This document shows positions 1-6,061 of a stretch of DNA of 12,118 bases, one piece after another. The notes under the pieces are model-generated. The model was given only the letters and a program-made list of their open reading frames with translations, was not told where the DNA came from and did not search any database. How positions within the stretch are numbered: the stretch's first letter is position 1; the number at the start of each line of letters is the position of its first letter. Origin of the DNA: Synechococcus sp. (GTDB lineage: Bacteria > Cyanobacteriota > Cyanobacteriia > Thermostichales > PCC-7336). The stretch is taken from contig JBFRWN010000058.1 of the NCBI GenBank assembly GCA_051439605.1, forward strand, positions 1 to 12,118, given 5' to 3'. Made by a program: the position numbers and the translations under genes.

Positions 1-72
1 CAAACCTCCATTGATTTTCTCAGCCATTACGTCATCGATTGGATCTAGACAAGAGAGAGATACAAGTTTCAT
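1..72 (-). CDS. 5' part of a putative double-glycine-leader peptide (bacteriocin/RiPP-type precursor); runs off the left edge
   Basis: Manual translation from ATG at 72 gives MKLVSLSCLDPIDDVMAEKINGG|L, open to the edge. GAGG lies 9 nt upstream. Hydrophobic residues at -4 (I), -7 (A), -12 (I) and -15 (L) before GG fit the double-Gly leader pattern. Confidence 0.55.
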   Translation of the reverse strand, partial: MKLVSLSCLDPIDDVMAEKINGGL

Positions 73-718
73 CAGCCATTACCTCACTTATGAACACAAA
101 TTATTCTATATAATCGATCCTAACAAAAAGCCAATTTCTAGAATCCAATCAGTAAGAATTAGAATTAAACTTCACTCGTTCTGGTTATATAAATTTATAC
201 CAATATCTTGCAAATTTAAACTTAATCCGGAATGAACGATTACAGTCTTTGGTAGTGTCGAAAAAAGGTTGTGTCGAAAATATCGTGAGAGACAATAAAG
301 CCCTACTCCGAACCTGAGTTTTACACAGCTATCCCACCTTTAAATTATTCGGGGATGGTTACACAGAATGACTTTCACTGGACCAGAGTTGCGACCACCT
401 TCAATTGAGTTCTTCGACTTTGAAGATCGCTAAAGCATGGCTACCCACATACGAAACCCGCAACCAGTTGCTTGTCTTCTATGCAAGATGAGATTAAGGC
501 CTTGACCTATTATCGTTGGTAGTCTTGAATTCGCTTCTACTATTTCTGGGTTCTACTTGATCGGATTTGGTATTAGCACACAATGTCCTACAAATAAGTG
601 CAGAGATGATTAGCAAAGAATGGCCCGAGTACTGGCAAGAGGTCATGCTATCAGCTTTAGAGGCAGTGGCATAAGACACATAAGATCGTATTGATTTGAT
701 ACGCTTCCGCACATACTT

Positions 719-1408
719 ATGGTTAGAAACGTGACCGACGAATTATTGGACACCTATTGCCGCGTTGCAGAATCGGAAACTCTCTCCCAGCGTCTCACTC
801 GCGGTAATAATGCCGATTTTAGAAGATACGGCCAAGATGCTAACGGTGCCACTTGGCTCCTGAAAACTGATAAACCCGGTCGAGAAATGGTGGCATGGGA
901 ATTCGATCGCCTCGTCGAACTGGCTCCAAAAGGCTTGGTCCCGCCTGTAGCGGAAGACAGAGGTGTTTTCGGATACCCCGAAGGTTTTCTGATTCGTTGT
1001 GTTGACAATGGCGCCACCCTAGAAGACTACGTCGCAGGCTACGCCGCCGCTCAAGTCAGTCAAGAACTCCTCGAACAATTGTTCGCCGCCGTTGGCGGTC
1101 TGTTGCACAAATTCTGGTACGACCTCGAATGGGTCCACGGAGACCTGCACCTCAAAAACATTGTTGTTGGAGTCGATCTCGGGGGAACGGAATGGCATCC
1201 TTGCATCATTGACCTCGCCACCTCCTACTCGCCAGATACCCGCCAAAAGTTTGCAGAACAGTACTGCATGATCGCGGAGGATCTTCTCAGCTGGAAAGAC
1301 GACATGGAACGCTTCTCCTTCACGTTAGAGAACTTCGGCCAAAGACTCGGCCTTGAAGATAATAAAGGCTGGCGATCTGCCCTCTTTATGCTCGATCGAG
1401 AACTGTAA
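719..1408 (+). CDS. Protein-kinase-like fold phosphotransferase (RIO1/Kdo-WaaP/APH-like), 229 aa
   Basis: Catalytic loop WVHGDLHLKNIVV, metal-binding CIIDLA (DFG equivalent) and N-lobe lysine in WLLKTD, with spacing typical of minimal kinase domains. Confidence 0.8.
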   Translation: MVRNVTDELLDTYCRVAESETLSQRLTRGNNADFRRYGQDANGATWLLKTDKPGREMVAWEFDRLVELAPKGLVPPVAEDRGVFGYPEGFLIRCVDNGATLEDYVAGYAAAQVSQELLEQLFAAVGGLLHKFWYDLEWVHGDLHLKNIVVGVDLGGTEWHPCIIDLATSYSPDTRQKFAEQYCMIAEDLLSWKDDMERFSFTLENFGQRLGLEDNKGWRSALFMLDREL

Positions 1409-1607
1409 CGGCATCCCATACTTGCCAACTAATGTCCGGAGACGCTTCCTCTTGGTATACAAGATCGACCGAAAGGCCCTCCCCGCCCTCAGTCCCTATT
1501 TGACCGAGGGACGAAAGCGCTACGGGGATTTCATTGTCGATCTGAGCAACATTCCACAACCTTTCGAGGAGGCGATTCAGTTGCCGCTTGATTTGATGGA
1601 ATCCTAA
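1353..1607 (+). CDS. Small hypothetical ORF or gene fragment downstream of the kinase; true start uncertain
   Basis: Open frame with a protein-like C-terminal half (FLLVYKIDRKALPALSPYLTEGRKRYGDFIVDLSNIP) and composition similar to the kinase gene. It has no ATG near the 5' end and overlaps the kinase gene by 56 nt. Confidence 0.3.
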   Translation: MKIIKAGDLPSLCSIENCNGIPYLPTNVRRRFLLVYKIDRKALPALSPYLTEGRKRYGDFIVDLSNIPQPFEEAIQLPLDLMES

Positions 1608-1767
1608 GCCCAGTATGGATTTTTTTTCCATATGGCAGGTGCACAGTAAAACGGTTGAACGCCCCTTCTGACTGGAAGCATAGCCAATTTGAGGGTGAGG
1701 TACATAAATAAGTGACAGTTATCTATAGTGGATAAACTCGGATATAGAGATGGGTGTAACGCTAAGA

Positions 1768-2181
1768 TTCACATTCCGCAGGTTCAGGTACAAAATTTTG
1801 AATTTCTGAAACCATTGAAAATAAAGGGTTCCAGCGATATTTTCTCAAATCTAGCAGCCTCACCTTTCTGAGCTTTTAGCAATCGAGCTGCGACTTCGAC
1901 TGGTTCTAGACCTATCCAGCTACGATTTCGAGTGGTTCTAGACCTGAGGAATGACCAACTAGGAGTTGCGGATACTTCTCTTGCACCTCAGTTGGACTTG
2001 GTGAGCATACCATAACCTGCTCGCACTAGTTGAGGCATAAGGCGCTGAATACCATGCCTTCTGAGGCATTCAAGAATTTTTGGGCAGGGATTTACAAAAA
2101 TGGTAGGATCCTTACAGAGTAAGGTTTTCATTGTCACTCAAATAAATACTTGAAACTGTTTCCCAACCTGCGGAATGTGGG
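1768..2181. mobile_element. Non-autonomous IS derivative/MITE, 414 bp, with IS1634-like ends
   Basis: Left end TTCACATTCCGCAGGTT (1768-1784) and right end AACCTGCGGAATGTGGG (2165-2181) match 15/17 as inverted repeats. CTAAGA is duplicated at 1762-1767 and 2182-2187. No internal transposase ORF. The IS1634 attribution is from recall of cyanobacterial IS ends. Confidence 0.85.
1886..1945 (+). repeat. Two tandem 28-bp imperfect direct repeats (period 32) inside the MITE
   Basis: AGCTGCGACTTCGACTGGTTCTAGACCT (1886-1913) versus AGCTACGATTTCGAGTGGTTCTAGACCT (1918-1945), 25/28 identical. Confidence 0.9.
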
Positions 2182-2242
2182 CTAAGAATTTCGCTAATCT
2201 ACCGGTAGTCGGTCGTTTGAGTCGTCGGACTAGGAATGAGGG

Positions 2243-2563
2243 ATGCCCAAGCCCGTCAATCCCATCTGTTTAAAATGTGCGTCGTTGGGTACCGCTGAAG
2301 CTCGCTTCTTGCACGGTCCCGATGAAGACGGTTCAACTTGTTGGGATAGGGATCGCTGTTACGGCAGGCGTACTGGTTACCGCAGGTGCGATCGCCGCAG
2401 GAATCTCTACCGCCGTAAACGGGACGAGCATCTGGAGGTGAAACTTCCCACTCGAGCTGCGGTATATCTATATTTATACGGTCTGCAGCAAAGTCGATTA
2501 CCTCCCGGTCAGGCAGCGAGCAAGTGGCGACCGCCTCATTCATTGCAGGTTCATTATCTGTAA
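2243..2563 (+). pseudogene. Cys/Arg-rich putative Zn-binding hypothetical protein, probably C-terminally truncated
   Basis: MPKPVNPICLKCA...HGP...CWDRDRCYGRR...AAVYLYLY with purine-rich AGGAATGAGGG upstream. It resembles a longer cyanobacterial plasmid hypothetical family as I recall it. The tail after YLYLY looks unrelated and ends within a hairpin. Confidence 0.5.
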
Positions 2564-2583
2564 GGACCTGCAATGAATGAGGC
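2533..2583. repeat. Perfect 18-bp inverted repeat with a 15-nt spacer
   Basis: GCCTCATTCATTGCAGGT (2533-2550) and ACCTGCAATGAATGAGGC (2566-2583). Confidence 0.95.
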
Positions 2584-2659
2584 AAAGAAATGCTTCTTTG
2601 AGTAGCATTGTTAATATTGAGAGGCATTTTCCCGTCGAGTTAATCTTTCAATTCGTTTA

Positions 2660-3070
2660 TCAAGGCATTTTCTGGAATCCTGCCTGAACAAAATGTCGAT
2701 CAAAGGTTAGAGCCATTTGTAGATCCCGCTCTTCCATGACTATAAAAGATACACAGTCGGTAAGTGAAAAACGTTTATCAGAGCGCTGTTTGAATAGTTT
2801 CCAAGCTGAACAAAACAACTCTTGGTCTACATGTCGAAACTGAACTGATGAGCTATTGAGTAACCGTTCTCCAATTTCAACAGCCTTTTGGTGCCTGTTT
2901 CGACTATTAAAGAAGGTAACAATCTCGTCAAAGACATACGAGGTAGTCACAATTGAAGATAGACCTGAAGCGCAGAAACTCTGCCAATGATGAAGAGCCT
3001 CTGAGTGATGCTGGTCATCAATTGCCTCTAAAGCAATGATATAGCCAGTGTCGAGAAACACAGGACTCAT
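2660..3070 (-). CDS. vapC: VapC-family PIN-domain ribonuclease toxin, 136 aa
   Basis: PIN motifs VFLDTG, TTSYVFDE, SLTDCVSFIVM and ALTFDRHF. The ATG overlaps the upstream gene's stop (ATGA, 3067-3070). Confidence 0.93.
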   Translation of the reverse strand: MSPVFLDTGYIIALEAIDDQHHSEALHHWQSFCASGLSSIVTTSYVFDEIVTFFNSRNRHQKAVEIGERLLNSSSVQFRHVDQELFCSAWKLFKQRSDKRFSLTDCVSFIVMEERDLQMALTFDRHFVQAGFQKMP

Positions 3071-3282
3071 GAAGCAGACTCATATATATAGCGATCATGG
3101 CTTACTGATGCGTCTGGAGCTCCACACTCGACTGGAGATTTGCCTAGTCCTAGGATTGGATCACTCTTAACAGTAGGAACAATCACAATCCGGTCGTCTT
3201 CAGACGTAATCTCTACTTCTGAAATCCCTTCCAGAAGCTCTCGCGGAATAATTACTCCTTTCTCAGTTACTTTTGCTCTCAT
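3067..3282 (-). CDS. vapB: Antitoxin with AbrB/MazE-like N-terminus, 71 aa; start revised to ATG 3282
   Basis: MRAKVTEKGVIIPRELL...EVEITSEDDRIVIVP swapped-hairpin pattern; GGGAGG 4 nt before the ATG; C-terminal DASVSHDRYIY; translationally coupled to vapC. Confidence 0.85.
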   Translation of the reverse strand: MRAKVTEKGVIIPRELLEGISEVEITSEDDRIVIVPTVKSDPILGLGKSPVECGAPDASVSHDRYIYESAS

Positions 3283-3393
3283 GAAACCTCCCAATTAATA
3301 GATGATGTATTTGCCTTCAACGATGAAAACAGCCTGTAAATAACTATCTAATCGTTTACTTCTCTCACCTGTTGCAAACAACTTCTCTGATAA

Positions 3394-3461
3394 TACTTCA
3401 GCAAATATATTCTAACTTGTCTACTGAAGTACTTCAGCATTTGCTTGCTGAAGTACTTCAG
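3394..3461. promoter_or_regulatory. Downstream cluster of putative centromere/operator sites of the par system
   Basis: TACTTCAGCAA at 3394-3404, and the perfect 14-bp palindrome CTGAAGTACTTCAG twice (3424-3437 and 3448-3461). The second overlaps the stop codon of the RHH gene. Confidence 0.7.
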
Positions 3462-3757
3462 TATCCTATTTCATCTAAAGCTCGCTTCAGAATAGTTCGA
3501 GCCAGTTCTGTCTTTGGTTTGCCACTGTCTAAACTTAAATGCTCTAGTCGCTTATGAAGAGACCTTGGAAGGTCAACTGTAAAGCGAATAGTTGCCTCAG
3601 ATGCTTGAGATTCTCCCAAGAGCTCACTTCTTAGAGAACTAGATGGCACCTGGGCAACCTCCGTTTTTTTTGATGATGCCTGACTTGAGCTATCCTCAAT
3701 TTGACCGGTTGATATAAACTTTCGAGCTGCTTCAGTCATTTTTTTACGCTCTGCCAT
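3458..3757 (-). CDS. Ribbon-helix-helix (CopG/ParG-like) centromere-binding partner of ParA, about 99 aa
   Basis: C-terminal RHH pattern IRFTVDLPRSLHKRLEHLSLDSGKPKTELARTILKRAL preceded by a Ser-rich flexible linker. It overlaps the parA 3' end. GAGAGG lies 9 nt before ATG 3757 (alternative start 3763). Confidence 0.85.
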   Translation of the reverse strand: MAERKKMTEAARKFISTGQIEDSSSQASSKKTEVAQVPSSSLRSELLGESQASEATIRFTVDLPRSLHKRLEHLSLDSGKPKTELARTILKRALDEIGY

Positions 3758-4397
3758 TTTCATCAACCTCTCTGAATAACTGTCGATATAGCCTTGCCAC
3801 TTCAGAAGCCGATCGGTTGCCTTTTAAGTCAAATAATGTCAAACCTTGTCCCATTGCGTCCGCAGCAGCTTGTCTCTGAGGGATTTCAGTCTCTAGCAAT
3901 GGGACATCGTCGTTCTCCCCCAAGATTTCACGAGCTTCTTTAAGAAGAAGAGTATTTGGGACAACTCTAGTAAGAAAAGTGAACGCTTTCGGTGAGCCAT
4001 TCCTAATATGCCGTGCGCGCCTAATAGCTTTGATTGCTTCGAAGCTTGCCGAAACATCAGGAATACTTGGCTGTATTGGGATAAAGACCCGATCAGCAAG
4101 TAAAAGTACAGCGCGCTGCACTTCGGCAAGACCTCCAGCTCCATCTACAACAACAGCCTCGTGATTATCCGAAATCACAGGCAATTCGTCCAGAATTGGA
4201 TCGGGGTCAGTCAACCTGTAAACAGTTGGCCTAGGTATTCCTTTCTCAAGATTGCCAATCCAAGTAGAGCTCGTAGCTTGGCCATCAGCATCGACCAAAC
4301 CTACATCTACCCCTTGTTCTATCAGGAATCGGCATAGATGAACTGCAGAAGTACTCTTGCCGCATCCCCCTTTTAGATTCAGGAAAGCAGTAATCAT
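3744..4397 (-). CDS. parA: Short Walker-type partition ATPase (type Ib, ParF-like), 217 aa; start revised to ATG 4397
   Basis: Deviant Walker A NLKGGCGKST immediately after the start, Walker A' VDADGQ, Walker B VVVDG, and no N-terminal HTH extension. Confidence 0.95.
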   Translation of the reverse strand: MITAFLNLKGGCGKSTSAVHLCRFLIEQGVDVGLVDADGQATSSTWIGNLEKGIPRPTVYRLTDPDPILDELPVISDNHEAVVVDGAGGLAEVQRAVLLLADRVFIPIQPSIPDVSASFEAIKAIRRARHIRNGSPKAFTFLTRVVPNTLLLKEAREILGENDDVPLLETEIPQRQAAADAMGQGLTLFDLKGNRSASEVARLYRQLFREVDENGRA

Positions 4398-4460
4398 TTT
4401 CCAATTGAGGTTTTGCTCCATTTTTATCAAAAACTGCTTAGGGGAGCCAGTAATTAATTA

Positions 4461-5250
4461 CTGAAATACTTGCTGACTTGCTGAAAGACTTAGATACTGG
4501 CTAGCTTTAGAATAAGTTCTCCTTCAGGTCTGAAACCTGAGCGCTAATCGAACCTACCAGTCACCTTCACTAGAGAAGTTCATTTCGATATGTTTTCACA
4601 CGTTGTTTGCTTGTCAGCTAAAGATTAGCTACGGATATCTTTTTCTAATTACCCCAAGCCGTAGGTTTTATGCCCCGAAGTGATCGTGGCAGAGTATTTA
4701 AGATGTGCTGATTTGTTAGCTAAATATTTGCTGAGCCATTTGATGCATTACTTGCTGAAGCATGTCAGCAAGTGATTGCCAGTTAACTGAAGTCTTGCAA
4801 TCATTTCGAACTTGTCATGGAGCTCTAAAACCTAGTTGTCGTATATTTCAGCATCTAAGTTGCTGATGTACTTGATGAACTACTGAAGTGCTTGCTTCCA
4901 TACTTGATAAATCCGGGCTCTCCAGGAATTCCCGTGGAAAGTGTAGGAAGTAGGGCCTAGAACCCCCTATTTCTCGTCGCCCATAGCGCCATCTGCGAGG
5001 AAAACCACGGGAAATCCGGAAGAGCCTAAATCCGGAGCTTTTCAAATCTAAGTTGACAAGCAAGATTAAATGTTTGCGTCCTGTCTATTCAGGTCTTGCT
5101 GAAGTACTTACTGACTTGCTGAAGTACTAATGTCTTGGTTGAGTTGCTGTTGAGATGGTCCAGCTCAGGCTTGATTGCTTTGTTTTATAGATTGAGCACT
5201 GACTTAAAGTATGTTCACTTGCTTGCTGACTTGCTGAGTTACTTGCTGAA
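4461..5250. repeat. Upstream clusters of TTGCTGA heptads (putative centromere/par operator)
   Basis: Exact TTGCTGA at 4470, 4478, 4728, 4752, 4860, 5096, 5116, 5223, 5231 and 5243, and inverted (TCAGCAA) at 4765, plus degenerate copies. Palindrome ACTTGCTGA-N6-TCAGCAAGT at 4750-4773. Confidence 0.8.
4916..5026. repeat. 111-bp GC-richer element bounded by 22-bp imperfect inverted repeats, with internal hairpins
   Basis: GGCTCTCCAGGAATTCCCGTGG (4916-4937) versus CCACGGGAAATCCGGAAGAGCC (5005-5026), 19/22 complementary. Inner stem GGAAGTAGGG/CCCTATTTCT. Confidence 0.75.
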
Positions 5251-5583
5251 TCAAAGAATAGTATAGCAGTCACTATATCAGGTTTGAATTAGACAACATA
5301 ACTTTGGAAAGCGCCGCAGAGAAATAAATTGTACCGTAAGCGTGCAAGCAAAATTCCTTGTCAGTTACTCTGAAGAGGCGTGAGCGTCTTTTCAGAAAAA
5401 GATACCTAACTTGACCCGATCGCTATCAAATAACTTGAGTCGTTGCCGCATAATCCAGCTGTTTTAACATTATCTGGACTATTTGGGGCTCAAACTTTTG
5501 TTGGACGATTCCAAAAGTCGTTTCTGCAGACTTAGCGGGGTCAATGACAAGGGATTGGGGAGGGGTGATAAGCGTGGCTTATT

Positions 5584-5737
5584 AGACCTCTTGCAAAAAA
5601 GATTTAGTGGTAGAATTAAAGATTTTCAATATATCTACATCCTTTGCACTTCAGGTGTGAACGTAGATGCTACAGAGGAAAAAAGGTTTTTCTGAAAAAC
5701 CTTTTATTATCTCACAAAATAATTATGCAAGAGGTCT
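5584..5737. mobile_element. MITE, about 154 bp
   Basis: TIRs AGACCTCTTGCA (5584-5595) and TGCAAGAGGTCT (5726-5737), flanked by ATT on both sides (5581-5583, 5738-5740). A TA duplication with ends 5585/5736 is equally possible. Internal palindrome AAAAGGTTTTTC-T-GAAAAACCTTTT at 5681-5705. Confidence 0.8.
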
Positions 5738-6061
5738 ATTGGTTTTTTGGGACCTCATGCTAGGTAAAAGCAATCAAAATTGCGACTTGGAAGGGGGAGG
5801 CAATCGCGTATTGTCGTTAATTCCGATTGGGGGCTAGACAAAATGTCGCTGCTTAGTCTTGAATCAAAGCCATTAACATTCCTGACCGCTACACATACTA
5901 ATCTGAATCGCTCCCATCCCTTTAGGGGCAAGGACTGCGGCTTAAGTAAACAGCATTCAGACCTATTGATATTGCTGGCTTTCAAGAGGATGAAGTAGTA
6001 GCCAAGTGCAAAGGAAATTGAAATAATCGGCCAAAAGCCTTGCAACACAACCCAATTATGC

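Noticed and set aside
20..86. 15-bp near-repeat TCAGCCATTAC(G/C)TCA at 20-34 and 72-86, creating an alternative minus-strand ATG at 79
   Set aside because: The ATG at 79 is only 2 nt from the GAGG and opens just 15 codons. With only two copies, no function can be supported.
11..712. ORF-track calls 11..235 (+) and 494..712 (-), and protein-like fragments such as MISKEWPEYWQEVMLSALEAVA
   Set aside because: Short, no recognisable motif, and frequent stops in all frames. A decayed gene is possible but cannot be supported.
754..1631. Minus-strand ORFs 754..1017, 1019..1246, 1225..1428 and 1386..1631
   Set aside because: Antisense shadows of the kinase gene and its neighbour.
1886..1945. Possible mini-CRISPR array
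   Set aside because: Only two imperfect copies, 4 nt apart, with no spacer-sized gap and no cas genes.
3336..3359. GTAAA-N14-TTTAC as a vapBC operator
   Set aside because: 5-bp arms in AT-rich DNA are expected by chance.
3372..5063. ORFs 3372..3557, 3893..4144, 3979..4164 and 4848..5063
   Set aside because: They overlap real par genes or repeat/structured DNA and lack ATG starts or recognisable motifs.
5369..5396. Hairpin TCTGAAGAGGCG-TGAG-CGTCTTTTCAGA as a terminator
   Set aside because: The stem is real, but it is followed by A's and no supported gene ends there.
4430..5480. Heptad region as a replication origin with iterons
   Set aside because: No rep gene is present in the window, the units are shorter than typical 17-22-bp iterons, and the same motif occurs downstream of the par operon. 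A centromere fits better, though an origin is not excluded.
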